64,000 nucleotides of DNA from an uncultured Methanosarcinaceae archaeon (GCA_963847185.1 CAWJYV010000004.1:96001-160000), one strand, 5' to 3'. Numbered from the stretch's first letter, positions 35,135 to 46,616 are shown. Notes: generated by a model not told the origin, from the letters alone. Numbers and translations: made by a program.

Positions 35135-35254
35135 TTTATCACATCTTAAATGTTCTTAATATTATAATCTGTTTTAAGTAATATGTTCTTCCATCAAAGA
35201 CAAATCAGTATATAACAAGCTAACAAGCAAACCCTTAGGAAATAAACTCCTGAA

Positions 35255-35306
35255 ATGCAAATTATGAATGCAAATTATGAATGCAAATTATGAACGCAAA
35301 TTATGA
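35255..35306. repeat. 13-bp tandem repeat x4 (ATGCAAATTATGA)
   Basis: Directly visible. Confidence 0.85.
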
Positions 35307-35316
35307 AAGCAGGTTA

Positions 35317-35994
35317 TCAATCAAGGTATCTTTCTTTAAATTCCGAAATCTGCTTATTGCTTCCTATAACAGCAACCATATCTCCTTCCTTTATTGCAGT
35401 CTTTCTGGAAATATCAGTTATAACAACTCTTCCCCTTTCAATGCCTATAATAGTGCATCCGATTTTTCTTTCCAGGTCCAGGTCTTCTATTGACTTATTC
35501 TCAAGAAGGGAGCCCTTTTCAATACGGTGCTTTTCAATCTCTATACCCTCATAAAGCATTATGTCTTCATCTATCCTGCAGATTTTTCCCACACAATTCG
35601 CAGTCATTTTGGCAAGCATCTGGCCAGCTACTATGGAAAGAGAACTGACATAGTCCGCACCTGCCTTGTAAATCTTATCTATAGATTTTACCGAGTTTGC
35701 CCTTGCCACAATGGTATTTTCAGGACTCAAACTTCTGCAGATGAGGGTTGCAAAAATAATATTTGTATCGTCATTAAGGGCTACAAACACAAAAGAAGCG
35801 GTTTTTACTCCAGCCGCGATCAGGACCTCTTCATCCGCTCCGTTGCCAACTAAATATTCAAAGTCAACGTTCTCAAAGACGTTTTCGTTAGAGTCCACAA
35901 CTACAAAACGAAATGGTCCTCCGGCGAGAGTGCTGACGATACTTTTTCCAACATCTCCGTATCCAAGTACGACCAGATGCCCCTTTGACTCCAT
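35317..35994 (-). CDS. TrkA-family RCK-N/RCK-C protein
   Basis: GYGDVG, AGADYV, C-terminal TrkA-C domain. Confidence 0.88.
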   Translation of the reverse strand: MESKGHLVVLGYGDVGKSIVSTLAGGPFRFVVVDSNENVFENVDFEYLVGNGADEEVLIAAGVKTASFVFVALNDDTNIIFATLICRSLSPENTIVARANSVKSIDKIYKAGADYVSSLSIVAGQMLAKMTANCVGKICRIDEDIMLYEGIEIEKHRIEKGSLLENKSIEDLDLERKIGCTIIGIERGRVVITDISRKTAIKEGDMVAVIGSNKQISEFKERYLD

Positions 35995-36113
35995 TTTTAA
36001 CTCCAGAATTTTCAGAATTACTAATTTGAAGTTTAACTAAAGATTTATTGCGCAATACTCAGAAATTTTTTATTTATACAGATAAAATTTATAATGTATA
36101 TCAAACTATCGGC

Positions 36114-37160
36114 TTAGTGCGTCAATTTTTTCAGATTTGAAAGTCCTTCACGAGTTCCAACAGCCAGTAGAACTGAATTTTCCCGGACTACATCTTCTTC
36201 CTTAGGATCAAAGGAAAGAGTCCCACTTTTCCAGATTCCAACAACTTTAGCACCTGTCAATTTCTGCTGATTGGAAATCTCCTTAATCGTTTTTCCTATA
36301 AGGGGGCTTTTCAGGTAAATAGGAAATTCAACTACATGAACGCCCGCGAAAATCTCCGTTGATCCGGTTACCCTGCTCACAAGCCTATCCATGGCTTTTT
36401 TTCCTATAAATTGCCCGAGCATTGATTTGGGAGAGACAACTGTATCGGCTCCTGCGTATTTAAGGTATTTTGAGTTGGATCTATCCTCGACAATGGCAAT
36501 TATATTGAGATGCTGATACTCTCTGGCTGTGAGTACGATATTCGCATTTCTTTCATCGGACTTGTTGGCAATAAGGAGTCTGGCTCTCTCAATACCGGCG
36601 TTAATAAGAGTCTGTTTATCACTTGAGGACCCAAAAATGCAGGAAATACCCTTATAAGAAAGTTCCCTGACCAAATCTTCTTCATCTTCTATTATAACAA
36701 AAAACAGTTCTTCCTCTGTGAGTTCATCTATTAGAGTCTCGACAAGCTGATTATACCCGCAGATAATAATATGATCTTTCACGCCAGAAGAGACTTTTCT
36801 TGGCAACCTGAACTTGATAACTTTGTCCATCCAGGGAGTGACAACGTAAGTTACAAGAAAATCAGAAATCAGGATGAGACCTAAAATCTGTACAATTATG
36901 GAAAAAATCCTGCCTGCCAGAGAAGTAAAGACTATATCACCGTATCCAACCGTTGCAATGGTAGTGGTGGCCCAGTAGATAGCAGTGATAAAATTTGCGT
37001 TTTCAGGCTTATTCTCAAGAATCATGAGATATTCGAAAAGCAGGACATATGTAATGAGCAGGAACACAGCTGCAATCTTGTATGCCAGGTGGGCTTTTTT
37101 ACGGATAATCTTTCGAAATTGGACCCCATTATTAGTTTTTTTTCTACCTGAAATAGACAT
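36114..37160 (-). CDS. potassium channel with RCK domains
   Basis: TTIATVGYGD selectivity filter; HIIICGY RCK domain. Confidence 0.92.
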   Translation of the reverse strand: MSISGRKKTNNGVQFRKIIRKKAHLAYKIAAVFLLITYVLLFEYLMILENKPENANFITAIYWATTTIATVGYGDIVFTSLAGRIFSIIVQILGLILISDFLVTYVVTPWMDKVIKFRLPRKVSSGVKDHIIICGYNQLVETLIDELTEEELFFVIIEDEEDLVRELSYKGISCIFGSSSDKQTLINAGIERARLLIANKSDERNANIVLTAREYQHLNIIAIVEDRSNSKYLKYAGADTVVSPKSMLGQFIGKKAMDRLVSRVTGSTEIFAGVHVVEFPIYLKSPLIGKTIKEISNQQKLTGAKVVGIWKSGTLSFDPKEEDVVRENSVLLAVGTREGLSNLKKLTH

Positions 37161-37284
37161 ACTTGGTTCCTGCCTGATTTCTTCTAATATAATTAGCTAA
37201 AATATCTTATAGTTGTTACTGAAGATCTAATGATAAATCTGCGACATCTTTAGTCATTACGAGCAAAAAACCTTATAGATGATG

Positions 37285-37334
37285 AAAAAAGAAAAAGGTG
37301 CTAACTCAGGCCTTCGAGTTTATTGAAGGCCTGA
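37285..37334 (-). terminator. hairpin plus T-tract downstream of the site-2 protease gene
   Basis: TCAGGCCTTC/GAAGGCCTGA stem followed by oligo-T on the minus strand. Confidence 0.6.
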
Positions 37335-37357
37335 AGTAATGAAGCATTTGATACCGA

Positions 37358-39154
37358 TTAGATCCACTGTCCTATGAAGGGCCCGAATATCATAAACATA
37401 AACGAAAACAATATCAGCATCGAGAAGCTCGCTGTGATAGAGTTTGAAACCTTTTCTGACGTCTTTTCACTTCTGGTAAGCCTGTACACAAAGGAATAGG
37501 TGTAGTCCTTAAATACGTGGCCTCCGTCCAGAGGTACTGCAGGCAGGCAGTTGAACAGGCCCACATAGAAATTCAGCCAGCCGACCCAGAGCAGGGTATT
37601 TGCAATCCAGAAAATTCCGATTCCCAGAGGTTCTGCCCAGCCCACCGGATGATAAAACTGCATTATCGTGCCTGAAAAGCCGCGGAACCCTTCGCCGGCA
37701 AATCCGTAGATAGGAAGCCCGAAAAGGACAATCCATCCTGCAGGCATTGTAAGCCAGGACGGGATTTGCTTGAGAGCTTCAAGATATAATTTTGCCTGTG
37801 GCATCCAGATAGAGATTCCGAGTATAGGGCTTTCTGCAACCTGGTTATTCCCGTAGATAACTCCAAGGAAGCCGTGCTCGCTTTCGGTGGGATTGGAAGC
37901 CAATTTCACATTATAGATAAGAGTGCCGTTTTCGGTGAGATTGCCAGTATAATTTGCAGGAGGCTGCAGTTCAATCTCTATGATCTGGTTTGCCTTAGTT
38001 GTCTCCATGAAGTTTACGAAGTTTGCAACATTTTGCATTTTTGTATCATTGATCCGGATCATAGTCATTCCGGTTTCAATCCCTGCAACTTCTGCCGGAC
38101 TTTCTTTAACAACTCCTCCTACGGTCACTCCAGGGACATAATTATTTTGAGCTGAAGCGGTTTTTACATCATGTACGGAAGCAACTCCGTCTTTAGTAGT
38201 ATAAATGCGCACGAAGTCCCCAGGTTTGACGGTTTCAAGATAGGTCAGGAGATCTATGGCTGTGCTGACATTCTTATTATCAACCTGTGTTATTACCATA
38301 TCTTTCTGGAGCCCTGCAATATCGGCAGGCGAGCTTTCGTTTACACTCAGGATCATGGCATCACTCAGAGGAGCAATTGCCCCTAACACGGGTCCGAAAA
38401 AGAGCAGGAAAGCGATAAAAGCAACTGTGAAATTGGCCATAACACCTGCGGCAAGAATTCTGGCTCTTTGAGTCCTTGTGGCAGCTATTATAGGCTCGGA
38501 TTTTGTCTCCATGGGTTGAAGAGTCTCAGTTTTCTGCCTTTTTTTCTCTTCTTCCTCCCACGTTTTGATTTCCTCGATAGAGGCTGTGAGAGGTAGTTCC
38601 TTTTTTGCTTCTTCCTTCTTTCCGAAAAGCTGCTCATCATCAGGCTCTGCAAAACCTCCAACAGGAACCAGGGCAAGCAGAATTCCCATAGACTTGACCC
38701 TGATATTTTCAACCCTGCAAAGAATAGCATGGGAGAACTCATGCACGACAAGGGTGACTATGAGCGCAATTACTCCCCAGGTAAAGGGAATAAATTCGTT
38801 TATCCCGGGTATTAAAAAGATATTTCTTGGAGCATTATATTTTCCAGGCTCCGGCATATTCCCATTCAGGAAAGAAGTATAAAGCGCAATGTCCGAAAGG
38901 GCGATAACCAGAAACATGGCTATCATGCCTGCAAACATCATGAGGATTCCAAGGTTTGCAAAGTTTCTCCAGTAAGATTTCGGACGGGCCAGTACATCCA
39001 GCAGTTTCAGGCCCTTTGTCGTCCTGATCATAAGAATAGGAAGCGGCCCGAAGGTACTTATGTTATATTTCTTCAGAATACCTTTCCTGTCAAGAACGGA
39101 GATAACGAACCAGTACAGTAAAAAAATACCCAGTGCAATGCTTGTGCTATTCAA
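37358..39154 (-). CDS. site-2 (M50) membrane metalloprotease with two PDZ domains
   Basis: HEFSH, AAGVMAN, NCLPAVPLDGG; SPA..AG PDZ motifs; TTG start. Confidence 0.92.
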   Translation of the reverse strand: MNSTSIALGIFLLYWFVISVLDRKGILKKYNISTFGPLPILMIRTTKGLKLLDVLARPKSYWRNFANLGILMMFAGMIAMFLVIALSDIALYTSFLNGNMPEPGKYNAPRNIFLIPGINEFIPFTWGVIALIVTLVVHEFSHAILCRVENIRVKSMGILLALVPVGGFAEPDDEQLFGKKEEAKKELPLTASIEEIKTWEEEEKKRQKTETLQPMETKSEPIIAATRTQRARILAAGVMANFTVAFIAFLLFFGPVLGAIAPLSDAMILSVNESSPADIAGLQKDMVITQVDNKNVSTAIDLLTYLETVKPGDFVRIYTTKDGVASVHDVKTASAQNNYVPGVTVGGVVKESPAEVAGIETGMTMIRINDTKMQNVANFVNFMETTKANQIIEIELQPPANYTGNLTENGTLIYNVKLASNPTESEHGFLGVIYGNNQVAESPILGISIWMPQAKLYLEALKQIPSWLTMPAGWIVLFGLPIYGFAGEGFRGFSGTIMQFYHPVGWAEPLGIGIFWIANTLLWVGWLNFYVGLFNCLPAVPLDGGHVFKDYTYSFVYRLTRSEKTSEKVSNSITASFSMLILFSFMFMIFGPFIGQWI

Positions 39155-39427
39155 GGAAATTCTCCGAATATTAAGCTGAACAAATTATAGCTTTAAAATA
39201 AATTATAACTTTATAAGCTAATGTATTAATTGTGGTTTAACTATCCATTTTTATGTCTGTTGATTTATGTTACTATTTAATAAAATTTCGCTTCAATAAA
39301 GAAGCCAATGATGTACGCTTTTCAACAGGAATCTTGGTCCAGAACTAAAAGCCATAGGACTCAAAGCCGTTATTCGTGCCTTTAAATGAGTTGCTGAGTT
39401 GTAAGTTACAATCTGGTCAACAAGAAT

Positions 39428-39490
39428 CAGCCTGAGTTATGGGGTATCAGCCTAGGTTATGAGGCTTTAGCCTGAGTTATGGGGTTTCAG
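39428..39490. repeat. 20-bp tandem repeat x3 (CAGCCTGAGTTATGGGGTAT-like)
   Basis: Visible in the S2P/cutA divergent intergenic region. Confidence 0.7.
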
Positions 39491-39943
39491 TTTGAGTACA
39501 AAGTATCAGTTATTCAATATGAAACTATGTAGTAATACGGTTTTCAATTTAAGATTACGAGACAATTAATTCATAATATTAGTCCGTGTCCTTAATGCTA
39601 TTCCGTACTCTACAATACACGGAAGCATCATAGTGCTTTTTGTTATTTTAAATTCGCTATATTTTGAGGGCTCCTTTTGCCATTGGCTCTTTTTTGAGAA
39701 TGGTATATAATAAATACATGATAATTATATAAAAAGATATATGGAAATTGGGGATTCAGTGATACTCAGGAAAAGTGACTAGGTCAGTTATGGAAATTAA
39801 TTTTGCAACTAAAGATCAATCTTATATCGAAAACAAAAAAAATTCACTTGGTTAAGATATTTCACTTTATTAAGTTATAGAGAAAAAAATAATTACATCA
39901 AATATTGTTTGATGTTCTGAATTTTCCCGAGGTGTTTACTTAT

Positions 39944-40261
39944 ATGCTTGGAATTATATACATAACTGCAGGAAGCATGGAGAATGCATCAGGAATCGCA
40001 AAAGAACTGGTTTCAAAGAGGCTTGCAGCCTGCGTGAACATGTTCCCGGTGTCTTCAATCTACAGGTGGAACGAAAAGATAGTGGAAGATAACGAGATCG
40101 CCATGTTCGCAAAAACGGATTCATCCCATCTTGAGGAAATAACGAGAGTAGTAAAATCATTGCATACATACGAGCTGCCTGCAATTGAATTTTGGGGAAT
40201 CGAAGGAGAAGAAGATTACCTTGACTGGATTCGCGTAAATGTCTCAGAAGAAGGTGCATGA
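39944..40261 (+). CDS. cutA: divalent-cation tolerance protein CutA
   Basis: LAACVN, SIYRW, HTYELP, YLDW. Confidence 0.92.
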   Translation: MLGIIYITAGSMENASGIAKELVSKRLAACVNMFPVSSIYRWNEKIVEDNEIAMFAKTDSSHLEEITRVVKSLHTYELPAIEFWGIEGEEDYLDWIRVNVSEEGA

Positions 40262-40389
40262 AAACTTCATAAACCATGTTAATCACCTTCAGCTTCAAAA
40301 AAGAGGAGAATTAACTCATTTACAGGATTAGCTTTATATGCTAGTTGTCTATTTAGCATATTGGCTTCCATAAATTAGCTTCCATAAAT

Positions 40390-40472
40390 GCGGGAGTAAC
40401 CAAGCGGTCAACGGTGGCAGACTCAAGATCTGTTCGTGCAGACGTTCAGGGGTTCGAATCCCTTCTCCCGCA
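40390..40472 (+). tRNA. tRNA-Leu(CAA)
   Basis: GCGGGAG...CTCCCGCA acceptor stem, GCAGA-CTCAAGA-TCTGT anticodon arm, long variable arm, GGTTCGAATCC. Confidence 0.95.
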
Positions 40473-40613
40473 CTAAACTCATTATAATTTCTTTTTTCAC
40501 TTAAGCTCTCATTTTCATTTATTTTTTCTAACATATCTATATGTCTTTTGAGTTGCGGCAAGGAACTGAATTACAGGCGCCAGATACATGGAAGACAGAG
40601 AACAATATATTCT

Positions 40614-40746
40614 GAGCTCATCCTAAAACTAATTAGGTCCTCAAAAATTAGTAAAGTTTCAGAACTATTTTTCCATGATCAGAAACTGGATTGATTATTC
40701 GGAATATGGGATTCAGAGAAGCAATTTTGAGTTTTGGGATGAACTC
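40614..40746. mobile_element. 133-bp MITE, copy 1
   Basis: TIR GAGCTCATCCTAAAACT...AGTTTTGGGATGAACTC; 1 mismatch to 46887-47019. Confidence 0.85.
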
Positions 40747-41139
40747 TAAGAAATAATACCTTAAAACCTGAAGAAACTTGAAGAAATTGGAAGAAATTGG
40801 AAGAATTGAAGGTTAACTTCTTTTTTTAATACGTTCTATTGATAGTGTTTTTGTGCAGTAAATATGGCTGAATTTTTAACTTTTTTTAACCTTTTGTCTG
40901 ATGGCATTTTTAACCATGTAAAGTCAACTTTCTTTTTTCATTCATGCTTATTGATATTGCTTTTTGAATAAAAACCGGGTTGAAAAATTGATGTTTCTTG
41001 ACTTTCTTTTGTTGCTGTTTATATGTGCCAAAAGTGACAAAATACAACTGTCTTGGATATGCTGAATTAACACAAAAAGGGCAATTCCCTTTTAATATAC
41101 TCTCATGACTCTCGGTTGTTGGTCAAACAACGCAGAGCG

Positions 41140-42620
41140 ACCACAGAGAGATAATTAAGTAAAAAAGTATCAGAAACATGTATTACATGTTTCTGAAAAC
41201 GTTCTTGAAATTATAGGAGATATGTGAAATCAAAATGAAAGCCGTTAATAATAGCAAAAAACTGACTAAAATTAAATGCAAACATCATGTCCTTTTCACC
41301 CCTTCTTAATTGCTCTTTTTCTATGAAGTGTTTTCAGAGCATAGGGTATTTAATTCTTTTTACATGTTTAACAGTCAGAATGTTAACTATTACTTTCACC
41401 AATAAGCTTGTTAAATTTTTTACTCTGAAATATTCATCAGAAGTATGTGTTCTTTAAATTTTATAGAACAGAACGACATAGTTAGATTGTAAGATAAACC
41501 TAGATTCGTAGATGCGCAGGGAGCTTTGAGGGGGGCTTCCTGCACAATCTCTTCCTTCTAAATGCTTTCTCAAAAAATGGATTCTCTTTCTTTCTTGTTT
41601 CTCCTGAAAAAGGTATCCTTACATTTTGTGAACAGTATACCCTTTTCGGGTTATCTGTGGTAAAAGGGGTATTACATTCAATGCAGTTCTTTTGAATTTG
41701 GCCTTGCTCTTCTTTCCTGGCAGCTGGCTTATCTTCCTTATCATATTCAATATCTGGATTTTCCTGAACCACGTAACTATAAGCGCTTGATTCCTTTTCG
41801 ATGGGGGCTCCTAAGACTCTCTGGTTAATGAGAGTTTGAATCTGCAGGAAATAATTATTATACGTTGTTTTGAGGTCCTCTTCTCTTTGAGTCTTGGAGA
41901 ATTAAGTAAAAATAGGTATCAGGAAATATGAAATTCACGTTCCTGATAGTGTTCTTGATATCATTTATTATCTAAAGAATTCTAATAAAAATACATAAAA
42001 TTCCCAAGGGTATGGTAACATGTTAATTTTCACCTCTTCTTAACAGATTCTTTTTCTTATAATATTAAAGACTGTCATGTATTTAATTATTTCTTCATGT
42101 TTTAATATATTTATTGAAAATTGAATATTTGTAAAAAAATATACCAAGGCCTCTTATTACCAGGTGCCTCTATAGCCTTCTAATTCTATAAGTTTGTTCA
42201 ATTTTTTGCCCTGAAAGATTATTCAGATGGATTTCTTCTTTAAATTTTATGAAAAAAGGATATAGTTAAATTGTAAGATAAACGCTGCCCCGTAGATATG
42301 CAGGGAGCTTTTGGGGGTCAACTCCCTGCAATTTAAAATCTATCTTTTCTCATTTTCTCCTATTAAACGCACTCCTGCATTTCTGACTACATGCTTCTTT
42401 TTTCGGATTTGTTGTAAAAAAAGGGCTCCTTACAATTTTTACATATTTTTCCATCAAGGGCTTTCCTGCCTTCTGTGGAGACACTCTTTTCCTGCAGCTG
42501 GCTTTTATCTTCCTGATTGCTTCCTGTTGCTTCTCGTGAGCTTCCTATGGACTTCTGGTTAATCAATGTTTGAACCTGCAGGAAATAATTATTATGCATT
42601 TGCTTAAGGTCCTCTTTTCG
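41140..42620. repeat. diverged ~750-bp tandem duplication with decayed coiled-coil/Zn-finger gene ends
   Basis: 41150-41870 parallels 41898-42620 (NNYFLQ(I/V)QTLINQ, CxxC motif, shared intergenic DNA). Confidence 0.7.
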
Positions 42621-43022
42621 CTGGCCTGCTTTCTTAAGGTCGTTCTCCAGGCGCTCTATGCTCTTATCCTTCTCTTCAAGTACCATTTTAATAGCTTCAT
42701 ACCTGGCCTGCTGCTGGACGAACTCCACAAGATCCGGAGCTTTTGCGAGATCATCTTTCAATTTTACACTTTCAGATTGAAGAGCCTTGATATCCTGTCT
42801 GTATCCTAAATATCCTGAAGATATCCTTCTATATCCTTTCTGTATCCTTCTTGGATCCTTTCCATATCCTGCTTGTATCCTGTTATATCCTCTTGTGGAT
42901 CCTCAAAGAACTTTTCTAGGGCTTTTGTTAAGGCCTGGGTAATATTCATACCCTGCAGTTTCTAACTTATTATAGAGGCTTACAGGTATCCAGGTGTTTA
43001 TTTTGCGTTTCTCTTCGGGCAT
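42387..43022 (-). pseudogene. RHH-like + coiled-coil (DUF536-like) protein, frameshifted
   Basis: ATG at 43022 gives MPEEKRKINTWIPVSLYNKLE; frameshift/stops follow; C-terminal KDKSIERLENDL...NNYFLQVQTLINQK. Confidence 0.6.
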
Positions 43023-43845
43023 AAACTTGTATTAAATTTTTTAGGGTATTAGTATATCCCTTTGTATCCTGGTTATATCCTATTGATATCCTGGATGTAT
43101 CCTTTGTGTATCCATGGGAGTGAGTTAGATCAATTTTATAATTCACTCTTTTATATTGCCTATGTGTTTCTTGCCTTATTTTTCTCTTGAAGTATGGGGT
43201 TAATCGATAGGAAAAAAGTTCTACCCAAAAATGGAATAAGCCCCCTGATGTTTAATTTTCACATATGTATTGGGTTTTGTATTCCATAGTACTATGGAAT
43301 GAATCTGAGCCCAAACACATAGGCACATTTTACCGATAACGATTAAAAAAACGAGTAAACAAAAGATTGCCTGATATTAAGCAACATGTCTGATTTCAAA
43401 GATGATTTTATTGAGTAAATTATTGAGAGTAATAAACTCAAAAAGATTTTTGCAAATAAGGCGAAATCGTGTTATGATATATTATGCTTTTATCGTTATT
43501 TGTAAGATTTTTCAGCGAGGTAATATTAAGCCTATTTTTCAATAAGAATATCATACCATAGCTAGAAATTTTAACCTATATATTTATTACACAATTTCAA
43601 AATCCATATATGTCATAACCATAGAATCTACGTAGAAAGAAATAGAGAGTTAAGATGGTGAATAAAGTAAACTGTATTTTTCATAATGCTAACTATTTTT
43701 CTTTTTAATATTCTCGTGTGTACAAAGTCAGGAATTTCTGATAATAATGTGCTTCATATTCCCCCGAAAACAACAGTATCTACTTAATAGATAAACACGC
43801 AACAAAGACAACTGTATGTAATATAACTAAATCAAGGAGAAAACA

Positions 43846-44381
43846 ATGAGTCATACGGCTGAGACTAAACAGGAGCCTGAGACTAAACAGGAGCCTGAGA
43901 CTAAACAGGAGCCTAGACTAAACAGGAGCCTGATTATAAGAAGAACAAAAAGATTTCGGAAATCATCTTAGATTATGTAAATCATATAGCTTCAGGCTTA
44001 TCTATATACTCATTTATAAAGGATTCTACTACAAAGGATTGTAATGAGGCGGTTACAGATTATTACCAGCATAATACAATGGCCACCGATATACCGTTTA
44101 AAATTATTGAACCAAAAGACGGTAGTTATGTACACAGAGTATTCACAGTTTATGGTATATGTGCAATACCTAGCTCATCAATAAACGTATGTGTTATCGA
44201 TAAGTATGGCCAAATATGGCGCGTAGGAACTGCTAACCCAACCACTGATGGACTATGGAAGTGTAGTGTAAGGATTGGGCAGTATGGTAACCAATATGCA
44301 GGAATTTTCACTCTATTTGCGAATTTAACAAAAGATAATAAATCCTATGAAACACCACACATTGATGTAATAAGGTCTTAA
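43846..44381 (+). pseudogene. hypothetical protein with ETKQEP repeats and Ig-like C-terminus, broken by a 1-nt deletion
   Basis: AGGAG RBS and ATG 43846; 18-bp repeat x4 (43861-43931) whose last copy lacks a G; restoring it joins the frame to ORF 44079-44381. Confidence 0.7.
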
Positions 44382-45026
44382 TTTTTGAATTTCATCTTTT
44401 TATTTGCATTCAATGTCTTACACTTGGTGGGGTTATCGATAGTAAAATATAGCTACTCAAAATATTAAGCCTATTGATAGTGTTTTTGAGAATCCTGTCT
44501 ATAGTATATGGAATAGCTATTAACAAAAACACATAGGCACGTTTAACCGAAGCTGTTTTATTTTGTTGAGTAAACAAATTCACTAAAAAACCTTAATTTT
44601 AGTTCATAATTGATTAAATATATCTGCGTAAAAAAGAAATTCTGTTTTAGTTATTAGTGTTACTTTCATTAATATATTTACATAACTAGTATGTTTTGCA
44701 TATATACTGAGAAACTGGGAAAAATAATCTAAAAATTGCAGTATCCTTTTAATACTATCAATATTTCTTGATCGGAATATCTGTCTAGTAGTTTTGTGCT
44801 TTTAGAGTTGCTAATCCTTTACAATAAAACATAGGCTTACTGTCTGCCTCTATGTGAGGCTTTCAGGGAATGGATGGGACGATTTACCCGTTTTAAAAAG
44901 CTTCTTAGAATGGCTTAGAATTAGAAAGTTAAAAGATCGGCATTTAAAAAAGATTGAGCTCTGATAAAAAGTACGTGTTTATTTCAGGCTCGTTTAATTT
45001 TTAATGCTTTTTTGACCAGCAGATTA

Positions 45027-45569
45027 TTATGGTGTTTCTTCCACTTCCATGCCATCTACTTCGTACAATCCTGCAAGTGTGAGTGTCACGTATTCTGGGG
45101 AATAGATTGGATGGCAGGCAGTTATTACTCCTATGTCATTTTCGAATATGACTTCTTCTACAGTCGGGATGTATGTACCGTGAATTGATTCGTCGAGTAT
45201 TCCTGTTCCTGTAAATATGAAAGAATTATCATCGGTATTGAATGTAAGATAGCCTAATGTGGTGTCCATGCCTGTGAATTCATTATGGATTACGATATCA
45301 CATGAAGTAAATGTTTTTTCGTTGCCTGTGTTCGGGTCTATTAAAGAGTAATTCATGACGTTTACGGCTTTCGTGCTGTTGTTTATTAGGATTGGTCCAG
45401 CGTCTAGCATATTGTTTATGTATGCTCTTACTTCTGGGCTCATGTTAATCGATACGTATTCTGGTTTTGGTACTTCTAGACCATCATCTGCTCCTGCTAT
45501 TCCTAAAAACAGAACAAATACTGCTAAAAAAAGGCACAGCGTGATTGATGCTTTGTAAAATGCTTTCGT
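45027..45569 (-). CDS. secreted hypothetical protein
   Basis: Frame extends 42 codons upstream of 45443 through a signal peptide (KAFYKASITLCLFLAVFVLFLGIAGA) to ACG after AGGAGG. Confidence 0.6.
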   Translation of the reverse strand, partial: TKAFYKASITLCLFLAVFVLFLGIAGADDGLEVPKPEYVSINMSPEVRAYINNMLDAGPILINNSTKAVNVMNYSLIDPNTGNEKTFTSCDIVIHNEFTGMDTTLGYLTFNTDDNSFIFTGTGILDESIHGTYIPTVEEVIFENDIGVITACHPIYSPEYVTLTLAGLYEVDGMEVEETP

Positions 45570-46215
45570 TTCTTATTCCTCCTAATATTTTTTCATTGCA
45601 TTTTACAGAATTTTAAAGATTTTAAATGTTATTATGTTAAATTGTGTATTTCCTCTTCAAAACTTAACAAATGCACAGAAGACTATAAAGGCTTATTATC
45701 TCCTTCTCTATGCGTTTTTCTCCTTCTAAGAGCTACATTCCACTTTTCCGGCACTCTAAAAACTTCTCTAAAGGGCTTATAATCGCTCAGTTCTACTGAT
45801 GCTTATTTTATTTTGCTAAGTAATGTTTATATACTTTACTTGCGTATATAGTAAATAGTCAAAGAATAAGGAGCGCAACAAATGACCTACACCAGAGAAT
45901 TAGCAAGAATTAAAGCAGTCCAGAACCATGGAATAAAAACCACTATGGAAGACAAGCATTAAGAAACCCTGAACCTGTTTCTTTTGAAAGATGGTTCTTG
46001 ATAGGAATAAGAAGACAGGAGAAAAAGGGCGCTGAATTTGATTTTCTTTCTTCTGGATTGATCCGGATAAAATGGCCGGAAAAGGTCCCAATGCTCCGAA
46101 CAATGGCAGACTTTGAGAGGGAATTTCAAAATTACCTCTCAAAATTTTAATTCTTTTTCTTCCCGAAAGTGGTATAATGTTGCGCTCCGCTTTAGAAGAG
46201 AAACGAGGCTAATAT

Positions 46216-46593
46216 ATGACTGAAAGACCATCAAACAGGCCTAGTAAATCTGAACCATGGCCGAAGCAATACAGAAAATTAACAATGCAGCTGGAACCCT
46301 CAGATAGGATTTTCTTTAGGTCTGTAAATGCTCGGGGTATTCCTGCAGGTGTAGGGGCTGGAAACGCTGGGAAGGCTTGCACAGTGATAATAAGACAAAA
46401 AGAAATAGAAGGGCTGGAGAAGGTCCGGAGCTTTAGGGATCTTGAAGAATTCGCGGGCTCTTCTGTGGATATCTTCCCGGAGGACATGGTATTTTCTTGC
46501 CTGGTTGATTCTGTGGGGGCTCCTTATTCTGTGGGGCTTCCAAACAAGGGAAAGGATGTTACTATTATTGTTTTTGGAGAAGAAGAGGCTTAA
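46216..46593 (+). CDS. DUF2080/AbrB-like small protein (duplicated motif)
   Basis: Two copies of a VG...GK..T(V/I)I motif. Confidence 0.5.
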   Translation: MTERPSNRPSKSEPWPKQYRKLTMQLEPSDRIFFRSVNARGIPAGVGAGNAGKACTVIIRQKEIEGLEKVRSFRDLEEFAGSSVDIFPEDMVFSCLVDSVGAPYSVGLPNKGKDVTIIVFGEEEA

Positions 46594-46616
46594 ATTCTGG
46601 AAGGAGGAATAAACGC

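Noticed and set aside
43195-44578. Integron attC sites
   Set aside because: The RYYYAAC/GTTRRRY boxes are not in attC order, and I saw no sign that the recombinase relic is IntI-like
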